64,000 bases of DNA, from contig JBDLRP010000034.1 of NCBI GenBank assembly GCA_039799905.1, positions 32,001 through 96,000 on the forward strand, read 5' to 3'. Numbering within the stretch: position 1 is the stretch's first letter; every line of letters starts with the position of its first letter. Below the pieces are notes generated by a model, which worked only from the letters and a program-made list of their open reading frames with translations, made no database searches and was not told the DNA's origin. Source of the DNA: Pseudomonadota bacterium. GTDB taxonomy: Bacteria; Bdellovibrionota_B; Oligoflexia; Silvanigrellales; Silvanigrellaceae. Made by a program: the position numbers and the translations under genes. Below are positions 10,581-21,090 of the stretch, one piece after another.

Positions 10581-12667
10581 AAAAGCTCGTGATTGCCAAC
10601 CGCGGCGAAATTGCCCGCCGCATATTGCGCGCAGGGCGTGATTATGGCTGGCGCGTGGCAGTGATCTCCACTCCAGAAGATCGTGATGCTCCGGTACGTT
10701 TTGAAGCCGACGCCGTGCTTGAGGTGGACAGTTTCCTCAATGCCGCTGCGATTGTCGAAGCGGCCAAGCGGTGGAACGCCGAACTCATTCACCCAGGCTA
10801 CGGCTTTTTGTCTGAAAATTCGGAATTCGCTCAGCTCGTGGAAGAGTCCGGCATTAAATTTGTCGGTCCGACAGCGGCCAACATGCGCGCCATGGGCGGC
10901 AAAGAGTCGGCCAAGGCATTTGCAAAAAAGTGCGGAGTGCCGACACTCGAAGCTCTGCTGAGTGATGAACTCAAATCAGTTCCCGAGGCTCAGTGGCCGG
11001 AGGCGTTGCACAAACGCGGAATCATCGCGCCGTACCTTGTGAAGGCGAGCGGCGGCGGCGGCGGCCGCGGTATGCGTATTGTCGACAACGTGCGCGACCT
11101 TGCGGATGCGGTTAAGCGCGCAGCACAGGAGGCTCAAGCGAGTTTCAACGACCCGACAGTTTTCGTTGAGCGCTATCTTGTTGCTCCGCGTCACGTCGAA
11201 ATTCAGGTGTTCGGCGACGGTGCGGGCGGCGGAGTGTTTTTGGGTGAGCGCGAGTGTTCGTTGCAACGTCGCCACCAGAAAGTTCTCGAAGAGGCACCGA
11301 GTGCAGTGGTCGACCATGCTCTGCGTGAAAAGATGGGCCGTGCATCGCTGGCGCTGGTTGCCGAAACAAAATATCGCGGCGCGGGAACTGTTGAGTTTTT
11401 GCTCACCGCGGACGGGCATTTTTTCTTTTTGGAAATGAACACACGTCTGCAGGTGGAACACCCCGTCACGGAGCTGGTCTACGGTGTGGATCTGGTGAAG
11501 GCTCAGTTTGATTTGGCATTGGGTCGTTGGCCCGAGCAATTGGCTCGTCCGGATGTTTTCAGTGTGCCTGTGCCAAAGGGTGTTGCCATTGAAGCGCGTC
11601 TGCTGGCCGAAGATCCGCGTGCGGGTTTTTTGCCGACACCCGGTCCGTTGGTTGTCTACAAAGAGCCCGTCATGAATGGCGTCCGTTTTGACTCGGGTGT
11701 CGTTGAGGGCGGGCGTGTCAACGATCGCTTTGATTCGATGATCGCAAAGGTCATTGCGCATGCGCCGACACGCGCAGCAGCGTGTGATCTTCTCGCGAGG
11801 GCTCTTGAGTCGACTGTCGTGCACGGCTGCACCACAAACCTTCCTTTTTTGACTGCGGTTGCTCAACATGGCGACTATATCAATTCCAATGTCTCAACAG
11901 CTTGGATTGGTCAGAATGTCGAACAACTCAATGAGAGTCTCGTTCCCACACGGCTGGTCGATTTTTTTAACCGGCTCGAAGTGCGCCGAGCGCTTGCAGC
12001 AGCCGTTCTATTACGCAGCGCCCAATATGCGCACTATCGACCCGAGAACGGGCAGACGGCAATAATCGGCGACCGATTTGCGTCACTCGTTCCGTCGACC
12101 CGCAGCCATGCGTCATCTGGACTCAATGTCGGGTCGAAGTTCGAATATTCAGGTGTAGACGTAGTGCCGGCTGAACAGCCTCACGTCTTCAAGTTACGCG
12201 GTCGTGGCTTGGTTGAAGCACTTGTTGCGCTGGAACCCGAATCTCTGTCGAGAAGCACATTTTCGTTGTCCGCAGCTTGCCAAAAGGCGCAATCGGGGCA
12301 TGGCACAGAACTTGAGCTCACCTGCACACTGTCGCGTCCGCGCGGGCAACATCTTCAAATGACAATCTTTGGTGAGACCTTGACGCTCGAATGGCCCGAC
12401 GACTCGCGGGCACAGCTGGAAGTGGGGGTGTCGGATGGTTCAGGTGAGGCACTCCTCAAGGCTCCCATGGCCGGCAAAGTACTTGAGGTTCGCGTTGCAG
12501 ATGGCGATACAGTTCAAGAGGGAGACCTGCTGTTCGTGCTGGAATCCATGAAGATGCAGCTGGAGATCCGTGCACCGCGATCGGGCATTCTCAGCGCACT
12601 TCGTGTTCAGGCCGGAATGACACTTGCAGGTCCGGATGTTTTGGCAGAAATCAGAGACTCGATATAA
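10577..12667 (+). CDS. Acyl-CoA carboxylase alpha subunit (biotin carboxylase plus biotin carrier; LiuD/MccA-like)
   Basis: [37 protein letters not shown]-terminal ESMKM biotinylation motif. Confidence 0.92.
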   Translation: MKKLVIANRGEIARRILRAGRDYGWRVAVISTPEDRDAPVRFEADAVLEVDSFLNAAAIVEAAKRWNAELIHPGYGFLSENSEFAQLVEESGIKFVGPTAANMRAMGGKESAKAFAKKCGVPTLEALLSDELKSVPEAQWPEALHKRGIIAPYLVKASGGGGGRGMRIVDNVRDLADAVKRAAQEAQASFNDPTVFVERYLVAPRHVEIQVFGDGAGGGVFLGERECSLQRRHQKVLEEAPSAVVDHALREKMGRASLALVAETKYRGAGTVEFLLTADGHFFFLEMNTRLQVEHPVTELVYGVDLVKAQFDLALGRWPEQLARPDVFSVPVPKGVAIEARLLAEDPRAGFLPTPGPLVVYKEPVMNGVRFDSGVVEGGRVNDRFDSMIAKVIAHAPTRAAACDLLARALESTVVHGCTTNLPFLTAVAQHGDYINSNVSTAWIGQNVEQLNESLVPTRLVDFFNRLEVRRALAAAVLLRSAQYAHYRPENGQTAIIGDRFASLVPSTRSHASSGLNVGSKFEYSGVDVVPAEQPHVFKLRGRGLVEALVALEPESLSRSTFSLSAACQKAQSGHGTELELTCTLSRPRGQHLQMTIFGETLTLEWPDDSRAQLEVGVSDGSGEALLKAPMAGKVLEVRVADGDTVQEGDLLFVLESMKMQLEIRAPRSGILSALRVQAGMTLAGPDVLAEIRDSI

Positions 12668-12697
12668 TTAGTTCTCCGTGAGAACGGGAGAGGAAAT

Positions 12698-13840
12698 ATG
12701 AAGAACGACTTTTCGGCAGAGATGAGAGAATTGACAGAAACCGTGCGCGCGTTCGCAAGCAAGGAGCTTGCGCCGCATGCAGATGAGCTTGACCGAGAAG
12801 AGCGCCTGGCTCCCGGCATCTTCAAAAAACTGGGCGACCTTGGAATTTTGGGAATCACGATTCCCGAGGAGTTCGGCGGGGCGAATCTTGGTGCCAAGGC
12901 GATGGTCTCGGTCATGGAAGAACTCAGTTACGCCGAGCCGGGAACGTGCTTGTCCTATCTTGCTCATTCTTTGCTGTTCGTTCACAACCTCGCGCAAAAC
13001 GGATCCAAAGAACAGTGCGACCGGTATCTGCCTCGCTGTGTCACAGGCGAGCTTGTGACCGGTATGGCAATGACTGAACCGGGTGCAGGGTCTGATGCCG
13101 TCGGCATGACAACCCGTGCCGTACGCGAAGGTGACCACTATGTGTTGAACGGAACCAAGATGTTCATCACAAACGGTCCGATTGGCGATGTCTTTCTTGT
13201 TTATGCGCGCACAGGAGAGGGGCGGCAGGACTTGTCGACCTTCATCGTGGAGAGTGGTTTTGCCGGATTCACGGTGAGTAAGAAGCTTTCCAAAATGGGT
13301 ATGCGTTCGAGTCCGACGGGCGAACTGGTTTTCCGCAATTGCCGCGTTCCGGTTCAGAACAGAGTCGGTGAGGAAGGCTCGTGCGTGAAGCACATGATGA
13401 AAAACCTCGACATTGAGCGGGTCGGCTTGGCGGCGATGAGTCTTGGAATTGCCCGAGCGTGTCTCGATCACTCACTCAAGTACTCAACAGAGCGGAGCCA
13501 GTTTGGCGAGCCGATTGTCAACTTCCAGTCCATCAGCGAGAAGCTCAGCAACATGTACATCGGTTACCGCGCCGCGCGGGCTCTCGTGTATGAAGCTGCG
13601 CAGGTTATTGATGAGGGCAGACGTGCGAATCAGGAAGCCGCAGCGGCAAAAGTATTTGCCTCCGAAATGGCGACCAAAGTTGCGCTCGATGCCATTCAGG
13701 TTTTGGGTGGATATGGATACATCCGTGAATTTCCGGTCGAGCGTCTGATGCGCGATGCCAAGTTGCTTGAAATTGGTGGCGGGACAAGTGAAATTCTCCG
13801 TAGCGTGATTATCAAAGAGTTTGTCCGCAAGAGCCGTTAA
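12698..13840 (+). CDS. Isovaleryl-CoA dehydrogenase-like acyl-CoA dehydrogenase
   Basis: SYLAHS, MTEPGAGSD, GTKMFITNG, R-QFG, GGYGY, EIGGGTSE; liu operon context. Confidence 0.88.
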   Translation: MKNDFSAEMRELTETVRAFASKELAPHADELDREERLAPGIFKKLGDLGILGITIPEEFGGANLGAKAMVSVMEELSYAEPGTCLSYLAHSLLFVHNLAQNGSKEQCDRYLPRCVTGELVTGMAMTEPGAGSDAVGMTTRAVREGDHYVLNGTKMFITNGPIGDVFLVYARTGEGRQDLSTFIVESGFAGFTVSKKLSKMGMRSSPTGELVFRNCRVPVQNRVGEEGSCVKHMMKNLDIERVGLAAMSLGIARACLDHSLKYSTERSQFGEPIVNFQSISEKLSNMYIGYRAARALVYEAAQVIDEGRRANQEAAAAKVFASEMATKVALDAIQVLGGYGYIREFPVERLMRDAKLLEIGGGTSEILRSVIIKEFVRKSR

Positions 13841-13889
13841 GAGTCTGGCTTTTTTCGCCCAACGAGCGGATTCAAAATCTGTTGGACAC

Positions 13890-13906
13890 TGTCCATTCTT
13901 TAGACA
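13890..13906. promoter_or_regulatory. Putative enhancer-binding-protein site TGT-N11-ACA
   Basis: TGTCCATTCTTTAGACA; same form at 27273 and 37564, each upstream of a sigma-54 motif. Confidence 0.6.
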
Positions 13907-13930
13907 CAGCCCTGTGGGGCTGTTTTTTTT
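13906..13930 (+). terminator. Intrinsic terminator after the liu-like operon
   Basis: ACAGCCC-TGTG-GGGCTGT followed by a T run. Confidence 0.7.
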
Positions 13931-13960
13931 GACTTCACCAAAATCGCAGAACTTTTTGTC

Positions 13961-13976
13961 TGGCATGACTCCTGCT
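13961..13976 (+). promoter_or_regulatory. Sigma-54 (-24/-12) promoter
   Basis: TGGCAT-GACTC-CTGCT with GG-N10-GC spacing, upstream of ATG 14029. Confidence 0.6.
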
Positions 13977-14028
13977 GCACCTTGGACATGCAGATTTGAA
14001 AAATTTATTGGTTTTGGAGGATTTCAGC

Positions 14029-14784
14029 ATGAGTGCACGATTGACTGTCGCCAGAGTTGCTTTTGCTTTGGTGGCTATAGTCGTCTCTGCTTGCGGGCAG
14101 GCAGACAAACCACAGGAATCTGAAACACAAGGCTGGCTTCCTTGGGTAAATGACGAGCCGGTCAAAATTTTCAAAACAGAGAGTGGCGATGACATTCCAG
14201 AGCGTGTGGCAAAATTCCTCGACACCGCTGAACAGTTCGGGCGCGGAGTTCACACCTATCGTCTGGGTTCCTACACCCGCAGCGTGACCGACTGCAGCGG
14301 TTTCCTTGGTCAGGCACACCGCTCCGCAGGTCATCGAGTGGCGGTCTTTCAATTCGATTGGGATTTTGTGAATTTCGATGGATGCAAAGGGCAGCTGCGT
14401 GCCGGCGATGTGCTTTTGCTCGCATACCCTGGTCGCCAGCCGGATCATTGGGTGATGGTCGCCGACGTCCGCGATCCAAACGGCAAATTCAATTCAGCAG
14501 ATAATATCATTATGGACGTGTCTTCAGACTATGTTGACGGAAAGCCGTTTTACAAAGGTCCGCTCAGCCGCCGCCGCAATCTTTTGGCGCGCAACGTTTA
14601 TGCCTGTCGTCGTCACCGTACGTTTGAGCGCGACTGGAAGCAGATGATGGTGCAGATCAAGGAACAGCAGTCTCGGCCGGTTCAGAGTGATCCGGATGCA
14701 ACTCCCGACAATTTCGAATTGCCTGTTACGAAGCCCGAACCGCAGCCTCAGGCCCGGCCAAACTCCGTGGGCACGTCGATGTGA
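14029..14784 (+). CDS. Lipoprotein with NlpC/P60-like (C40) catalytic domain
   Basis: GGAGG RBS; lipobox VSAC; YRLG...DCSGF, LRAGDVLL, DHWVMV (Cys/His dyad). Confidence 0.65.
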   Translation: MSARLTVARVAFALVAIVVSACGQADKPQESETQGWLPWVNDEPVKIFKTESGDDIPERVAKFLDTAEQFGRGVHTYRLGSYTRSVTDCSGFLGQAHRSAGHRVAVFQFDWDFVNFDGCKGQLRAGDVLLLAYPGRQPDHWVMVADVRDPNGKFNSADNIIMDVSSDYVDGKPFYKGPLSRRRNLLARNVYACRRHRTFERDWKQMMVQIKEQQSRPVQSDPDATPDNFELPVTKPEPQPQARPNSVGTSM

Positions 14785-14902
14785 ACGCAAGCCGGCAGCT
14801 CTGGAAGGTTCTGACACTTGCAGGAATTTCGCGTTGCCGATGAAGTGGGGTCCTGTTACCATAGGTAACGGGACCAATCTTTACGGGTTCAACAGGTGCA
14901 AC

Positions 14903-15871
14903 GTGCAAGACACTGCCCGCAATATAATCATTAAAGAACTTCCGCCATCCGGTGAGCGACTGCCGTTGTTTATTGTTGGCGATGTACATGGTTGTGCGAA
15001 GGAACTTCGCGATCTTTTACAAAAAGCAAAGCAGCGTGTTGCGGAATTTCAACTTGTGCTGGTTGGCGACCTCTTCACCAAGGGGCCTGATCCCGTCGGC
15101 GTCTTCGATCTCATTCACGAATTCAACGCTATTTGTATAAAAGGCAATCACGATTGGGCACTCTGGGCGGCCATGGTGCAAGCCCAGCGTCGTGGGCTGC
15201 AATCTTTGCCTGAGCACACCCAGCAGACTCTTCACTTTATCCGCCACCACCGGCGGGCGATGTTTGATTTTGTAAACAACCTTCCTCACGCGTACACGAC
15301 AACTGTCAAGCCGTCGCGCGAGCGCAAAGGATGGGAGAGCCAGTATCCGCTTGTCATCGTTCACGCTGGCATCGATCCTGTTTCTGGTTTGGCTGCCACA
15401 CCTGAGCGGATGATGCTGACCGCTCGCTATGTGCGTTGGGAAGATCCTCAGGCGCGCAACAAACTGTTGCTGGTACCGTCGGGATATCGCGCAGAGATGT
15501 TGGCTGAAGCAGAGCAAAAGCTGCAGAAGTCGGCAGCGGCGAAGTCGTCGGCGCCCGAGTTGCCCGCTCCGCATACAACCGTTCGTTCGCGCCCGGATGT
15601 TGCCGACAAATTTCGCTGGCATGAGCTGCACTCAGGACCCCAATTGATCGTCTTCGGTCATGATGCCAAGCAGGGGTTGTTCAGAAAGACCCTGCCAAGC
15701 GGTCGGCCTATCTGTGTTGGTCTTGATACCGGTTGCACTTACGGCCGTCAGTTGACCGGCTACTTTCCGGAATTGGATGATGCGGTTCAGGTTGATGCCA
15801 GACGCAATTATTTTGATCTCGCCCGCAACGTGATAGTAACAAAAGGTCCGTCACCGAAATTGGCCGTCTGA
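14903..15871 (+). CDS. Metallophosphoesterase (ApaH/PrpE/PPP-like); start approximate
   Basis: GDVHG, GDLFTKG, GNHD, HAG, FGH, LDTGC. Confidence 0.88.
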   Translation: MQDTARNIIIKELPPSGERLPLFIVGDVHGCAKELRDLLQKAKQRVAEFQLVLVGDLFTKGPDPVGVFDLIHEFNAICIKGNHDWALWAAMVQAQRRGLQSLPEHTQQTLHFIRHHRRAMFDFVNNLPHAYTTTVKPSRERKGWESQYPLVIVHAGIDPVSGLAATPERMMLTARYVRWEDPQARNKLLLVPSGYRAEMLAEAEQKLQKSAAAKSSAPELPAPHTTVRSRPDVADKFRWHELHSGPQLIVFGHDAKQGLFRKTLPSGRPICVGLDTGCTYGRQLTGYFPELDDAVQVDARRNYFDLARNVIVTKGPSPKLAV

Positions 15872-15891
15872 AATTCCTGCGGGTTCCATCT

Positions 15892-17721
15892 ATGTCAACT
15901 TCGACTGCAACTTTTCCGAGTGATGAGCGCCTTGCCGAGTTGTTCAAGGGCAATGATCAGTTTTTCAATTTGCTGATGCGGCAGTGCGTGCGCACCGAAC
16001 AGGTCATAGCGCGCAGTTACGCTGAAGGAACTTGGAACCAATACTCTGGTCATGATTTCCTCACTCATCTGGGGCGCGCGGTACGCAATTGGATAAAGGC
16101 TCTGGGTGGAATTCGCCCCGAGCGCGCAGCCGATGCCAAGACGCGTGGGCCGGCTATTCTGTTTTTGTCACACAACAGTTACACAACTTGGGTTACGAGC
16201 CTTGCGGCCGTTGCTGCCGGTTTCGATGTCATGTTCATGCCCTTGCATGCGTCGGCTGCGGATATCCGCTGGTGTTTGGAATACTTTGGATGCGTCGCTG
16301 TTGCGACTGACATTGAAGGATACGCCGGACAGTTGAAGGATCTTGGTGCTCCCACATTCGATCTGTCCAATATGTACTGGGCTGCTCGTGACAGTGGCAA
16401 TGAGCCGCCCGCGATAACTCTGTTCCGTTGGTACAAGACAGCCTCCGAATTGCGCGAGGCCAAGCGTCAGACGGGCTCCTTGCCAGAGATTAATGGCGAG
16501 ATTCCCGAACGTATCGGGGCGATGAATTTTATTTCCTTTGGTCATGATGGGTTTCAAAAGCCTGAAACTCTCTCATTGGACGCGTTGGTTGTAACGGCAA
16601 ATCATTTGCTCTTACATCTCAATACACCGTCTGAGCTGTTTTGGAAGACACTCGAGGTTTTGCCGCTCTCCAATCCGTTTGCTCATCTGTCACGATTCTG
16701 TGCGCTGCTGAAGAATGGTGTAGTGGGTTTTCCACAATTGGGTGGTGATTTTGAATCACACCTCAGAATTCTTCGTCCGACGGTTGTCTTTGCAAGTCCG
16801 AATGAACTCGAAATTCTCAGTAATCATGTTTCCGAGCTCTTGCGCGCTCCGGGGTTCAGTCCGCGTCTTGCGGTTGGCAATCGGCTTGATCAGGTGCGTG
16901 GGCTTTTGAAATCGGGGCGTGCCTTGAAGTTGCCCGAGCCTGTTTTTGATGCGGCCAGCAGGATGTTGTTGTGGGCGAGTCGGAATGCGATTGGCAAGGA
17001 TTTTGTCCGCTTCAGTCTTGCTGACCTGCAGCTGATTGTTCATGGTCTAGCCTCCGCAAGGGAACCTCATGTTGAAATGCTCGGACAAATGGGTGTGCCG
17101 GTGGTTGAAACATATGGTGTGACTGCGGCCTCCGGATTGCTGTCCGCCAACACGTTTGATGCACCCCATCTCAATCTGATCGGCAATCCTCTGTCGCATG
17201 TGTCATTCAGACTCGGACAAAACTCGGTGCTCGAGTACAGACTCAACCATCCTGCATTTGCCGGACATGGACATTGGCAGGAAACCGGCGACGTTGCGCA
17301 GATGACACCGTTTGGATTTAAAATCACCGGGCGCCGCAGGCACCTGTTTATGACCGCCGGAGGTGTGACGATTTCTCCGCTGCGTTTGGAGCAACTGCTG
17401 CGGGAGTCGGCGGAAGTTCAGGATGTGTGTATTGTCGGAGATAAAATGCCGTTTCTCGCGGCCCTGGTGGTTCTGTCGCCGGACGCACAGGCGGAGTTTC
17501 GTTCGAGCCCTGAGAAAATCCGTGAACTCGTCCAGCAACGCATTGGAAGTGTGAACGAAACTCTTCCTCGTCATGCAACAATAAAAAAGTTTTTGGTTTT
17601 AGAAAAACCATTTCAAGAATCTCTTGGTGAAAAGCTACCAAGTGGAAGTTTGAACAGACTTAAAATTAACGAAACACGGCGTCCCGAGATAGAGTCATTG
17701 TACCAGCCGAGCCCATCCTGA
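15892..17721 (+). CDS. AMP-binding (long-chain acyl-CoA synthetase-like) protein with degenerate catalytic motifs
   Basis: LPLSNPF, ETYGVT, TGD, ITGRRR...TAGG.TISP..LE, C-terminal FadD15-like region; P-loop degenerate. Confidence 0.75.
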   Translation: MSTSTATFPSDERLAELFKGNDQFFNLLMRQCVRTEQVIARSYAEGTWNQYSGHDFLTHLGRAVRNWIKALGGIRPERAADAKTRGPAILFLSHNSYTTWVTSLAAVAAGFDVMFMPLHASAADIRWCLEYFGCVAVATDIEGYAGQLKDLGAPTFDLSNMYWAARDSGNEPPAITLFRWYKTASELREAKRQTGSLPEINGEIPERIGAMNFISFGHDGFQKPETLSLDALVVTANHLLLHLNTPSELFWKTLEVLPLSNPFAHLSRFCALLKNGVVGFPQLGGDFESHLRILRPTVVFASPNELEILSNHVSELLRAPGFSPRLAVGNRLDQVRGLLKSGRALKLPEPVFDAASRMLLWASRNAIGKDFVRFSLADLQLIVHGLASAREPHVEMLGQMGVPVVETYGVTAASGLLSANTFDAPHLNLIGNPLSHVSFRLGQNSVLEYRLNHPAFAGHGHWQETGDVAQMTPFGFKITGRRRHLFMTAGGVTISPLRLEQLLRESAEVQDVCIVGDKMPFLAALVVLSPDAQAEFRSSPEKIRELVQQRIGSVNETLPRHATIKKFLVLEKPFQESLGEKLPSGSLNRLKINETRRPEIESLYQPSPS

Positions 17722-17871
17722 CCGCCGGCAGGGGTGGGGATTCTGTCGCTGTTTACTTACCGGTTTGACCTCCAGATTTTGCATGGTTACTCTTAAACGA
17801 TCGAACTCGACGTCACCTGTACCAGAAGGTCCGGTGCGGTGCTTAGGCGGTTTCGTTTTGCCGGAGGAGCC

Positions 17872-19935
17872 ATGCAACAGACTCACAAGATCTATGACAT
17901 TGTTCGCGACGCTTACAGCCCGACCCATTACAACGAGCTCAACTGGCAGGGAAGTTTTGTTGAGTATCTTGAGATTATCGAAAAGAATCCGCGAGTCTGC
18001 CGCACCGCTTTTCAGCGTGTTTATGACATGATTATGCACTTTGGTACGTATGAATATGTTGAACACAAAAAGAAGCTTGTTCATTACAAATTCTTTGATG
18101 ATCCGCTGAGCGGCGGAAAGGATGCCGTCTTTGGTCTGGACGTTCACCTTGTGAAGCTGGTGAATTTCTTCAAAGCGGCGAGTCTGCGCTATGGTCCGGA
18201 AAAACGCGTGTTGTTGTTGCACGGACCTGTCGGTTCGGCAAAGTCGACGATCGCGCGTCTGCTGAAAAAGGGGCTCGAATGGTATTCTTACCAGCCCGAA
18301 GGTGCGCTCTACACGTATGATTGGATCGGTTTGAAAGAGCGTCTCAACATGGACGACATCATGGCGTGTCCGATGCATGAAGAACCTCTGCGTCTGATTC
18401 CTGAGGAGGCGCGTGCAAAAGTTCTCAGCCATCTCAACAAGGGCAAATCTTTTGATCAGAAGATTTTTGTCGAAGGCAATATCGACCCGGCATGCCGTTT
18501 TGTTTTCAATGAACTGATGAAGCAATACGGTGGCGATTGGGAAAAAGTTGTAAAAAACCACATTCGCGTGCGCAGGCTTCTTCTGTCGGAAAAAGACCGT
18601 GTCGGCATCGGGACGTTCCAGCCAAAAGATGAAAAGAATCAGGATTCGACAGAGCTCACCGGTGACCTCAACTACCGCAAGATCGCCGAATATGGTTCGG
18701 ACTCCGACCCGCGCGCGTTCAACTTTGACGGCGAGTTCAACATCTCCAACCGCGGTATGGTCGAGTTCGTCGAAATGCTCAAGCTCGACGTGGCATTCCT
18801 TTACGACCTTCTCGGTGCGTCGCAGGAACACCGCATCAAGCCGAAGAAATTCGCTCAGACGGACATCGATGAAGTGATTGTCGGTCACACGAACGAACCT
18901 GAGTACCGCAAGTTGCAGAACAACGAATTCATGGAGGCGCTGCGCGACCGTACTGTGAAGATCGACGTTCCCTACATCACGAAGCTCAAGGAAGAGACCA
19001 AGATCTACCGCAAGGATTTTAATGCCGAGAGCGTTCCGCATATCCATGTTGCACCGCACACGATCGAAACCGCATCGATGTGGGCGATTCTGACCCGCCT
19101 TGAGGAGCCGAAGAAGGCGAACCTCACGGTGATGCAGAAGCTCAAGTTGTATGACGGAAAGACGCTGCCCGGATACACCGAAGACAACATCAAGGAACTC
19201 CGCAAGGAAGCGATGCGCGAAGGCCTCGATGGAATCTCGCCGCGCTATATTCAGGACAAAATTTCCAATGCTCTCGTGGATGATCGCGGCAACGGCTGCA
19301 TCAACCCGTTCATTGTGCTTAACGAACTTGAGAGCGGTCTCAAAAACCATTCGCTCATCCGCGATGAGGAAACCAAAAAGCGCTACCGCGAACTGCTCGC
19401 TGTCGTGAAGCAGGAATATGAAGATATCGTCAAGAACGAGGTCCAGCGTGCGATTTCGGCCGACGAAGAGGCGATTGCCAAATTGTGCGGTAACTACATC
19501 GACAACGTGAAGGCCTATACGCAGAAAGAGCGCGTTCGCAATAAGTATACCGGTCAGAGCGAAGAGCCTGATGAGCGCCTGATGCGCAGCATCGAAGAGA
19601 AGATCGACATTCCGGAAAGCCGCAAGGACGACTTCCGCCGTGAGATCATGAACTACATCGGTGCTCTTGCACTTGAAGGCAAGACCTTCGACTACAAGAC
19701 CAACGAACGTCTGCATAAGGCACTTGAGCTCAAGTTGTTTGAAGATCAGAAAGACACGATCAAGCTGACAAGCCTTGTCTCCAACGTCGTCGACAAGGAG
19801 ACACAGGCGAAGATTGACGTGGTCAAGAACCGCCTGATCAAGAACTACGGCTATTGCGACATTTGTTCGAACGACGCGCTGCACTTCGTTGCAAGTATTT
19901 TTGCGCGTGGTGATGTGAAGCGTTCTGCGAACTGA
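17872..19935 (+). CDS. prkA: PrkA/YeaG family serine protein kinase (AAA+)
   Basis: [54 protein letters not shown]. Confidence 0.95.
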   Translation: MQQTHKIYDIVRDAYSPTHYNELNWQGSFVEYLEIIEKNPRVCRTAFQRVYDMIMHFGTYEYVEHKKKLVHYKFFDDPLSGGKDAVFGLDVHLVKLVNFFKAASLRYGPEKRVLLLHGPVGSAKSTIARLLKKGLEWYSYQPEGALYTYDWIGLKERLNMDDIMACPMHEEPLRLIPEEARAKVLSHLNKGKSFDQKIFVEGNIDPACRFVFNELMKQYGGDWEKVVKNHIRVRRLLLSEKDRVGIGTFQPKDEKNQDSTELTGDLNYRKIAEYGSDSDPRAFNFDGEFNISNRGMVEFVEMLKLDVAFLYDLLGASQEHRIKPKKFAQTDIDEVIVGHTNEPEYRKLQNNEFMEALRDRTVKIDVPYITKLKEETKIYRKDFNAESVPHIHVAPHTIETASMWAILTRLEEPKKANLTVMQKLKLYDGKTLPGYTEDNIKELRKEAMREGLDGISPRYIQDKISNALVDDRGNGCINPFIVLNELESGLKNHSLIRDEETKKRYRELLAVVKQEYEDIVKNEVQRAISADEEAIAKLCGNYIDNVKAYTQKERVRNKYTGQSEEPDERLMRSIEEKIDIPESRKDDFRREIMNYIGALALEGKTFDYKTNERLHKALELKLFEDQKDTIKLTSLVSNVVDKETQAKIDVVKNRLIKNYGYCDICSNDALHFVASIFARGDVKRSAN

Positions 19936-19984
19936 TGAGTCCTGCGCTTGGCGTTAATCTCACGGCGCTTGAGGAGTTTTCAAG

Positions 19985-21088
19985 ATGAAGATGGAAACCG
20001 ACGTTAACCGCTTCCGGCGAATTGTGCGGGGACGAATCAAGGAAAACCTCAAGCGCTTTATTTCTTCCGGCGAATTGATTGGCAGGCAAGGAAATAAGCA
20101 GGTGACTATTCCGTTGCCGCGCATCGACCTTCCTCGCTTTCAGTTCGGCGGCAATCAGCAAAAGGGTGTCGGGCAGGGCGACGGCCAGCCCGGTGATCCG
20201 CTCAATCAGGGACAACCACAGCCGGGCGAGGGTGAGGCCGGACAAAATCCGGGTGACCACGGCCTTGAGGTCGATGTCTCGCTTGAGGAGCTTGCCGATA
20301 TTCTTGGCGAGGAACTTCAACTTCCGCGTATCGAAGACAAGGGCAAGAAGAACGTTAAGTCGCGCAAGTTCAAGTATCACGGAGTCCTCAAGACGGGCCC
20401 CGAGGGTCTGCGCAATTTCAAGCGCACTTACAAAGAGGCTCTCAAGCGGCAAATCGCTTCCGATGAGTATGTTCCCGAGCGTCCTTCGGTCATTCCAATC
20501 AAAGAAGACAAGCGCTACCGCAGCTTCAAGATTGAGGAAAACCCTGAGGCCAGTGCTGTCATCATTTATATGATGGACGTTTCAGGTTCGATGGGTGACG
20601 AACAAAAGGAAATTGTCCGCCTGACCGCATTCTGGCTGGATACCTGGCTCAAACGCAATTACGACAACATTGAAACACGCTTCATCATTCACGACGCCGT
20701 TGCGCGGGAAGTTGATGAGCAGACTTTTTATCACACAAAAGAGAGCGGCGGCACGCTGATTTCGAGCGCATATAAATTGTGTGAGAAGATTATCAAGGAA
20801 GACTATCCGCTTGATGAATGGAATGTTTATCTTTTCCATTTTTCGGACGGCGACAACTGGAGCGGCAACGATACCAATGAGTGTATGCTGCTGCTCGACA
20901 ATGTTCTGCTGCCTGCTTCCAATCTGTTCAGTTACGGACAGGTCGAGAGCCGATATGGCAGCGGACAGTTCCTCAAGGACCTCGAGAAGCATTTCGGTGA
21001 TTCTCAGGAAAAAGTCGTAACCCATCAGATCAAGGACCGCGACGGCATCATGAATGCGCTGAAGGTCTTTCTTGGTAAAGGAAAATAA
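19985..21088 (+). CDS. YeaH/YhbH (DUF444) vWA-like protein
   Basis: [27 protein letters not shown]; located between prkA and spoVR. Confidence 0.93.
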   Translation: MKMETDVNRFRRIVRGRIKENLKRFISSGELIGRQGNKQVTIPLPRIDLPRFQFGGNQQKGVGQGDGQPGDPLNQGQPQPGEGEAGQNPGDHGLEVDVSLEELADILGEELQLPRIEDKGKKNVKSRKFKYHGVLKTGPEGLRNFKRTYKEALKRQIASDEYVPERPSVIPIKEDKRYRSFKIEENPEASAVIIYMMDVSGSMGDEQKEIVRLTAFWLDTWLKRNYDNIETRFIIHDAVAREVDEQTFYHTKESGGTLISSAYKLCEKIIKEDYPLDEWNVYLFHFSDGDNWSGNDTNECMLLLDNVLLPASNLFSYGQVESRYGSGQFLKDLEKHFGDSQEKVVTHQIKDRDGIMNALKVFLGKGK

Positions 21089-21090
21089 TC

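Noticed and set aside
11041..11075. Near-identical GGC-rich stretch also at about 63058
   Set aside because: Encodes the conserved [10 protein letters not shown] motif of two biotin carboxylases
17695..19884. 729-aa ORF antisense to prkA
   Set aside because: In-register antisense shadow of a strongly codon-biased conserved gene; no recognisable motifs
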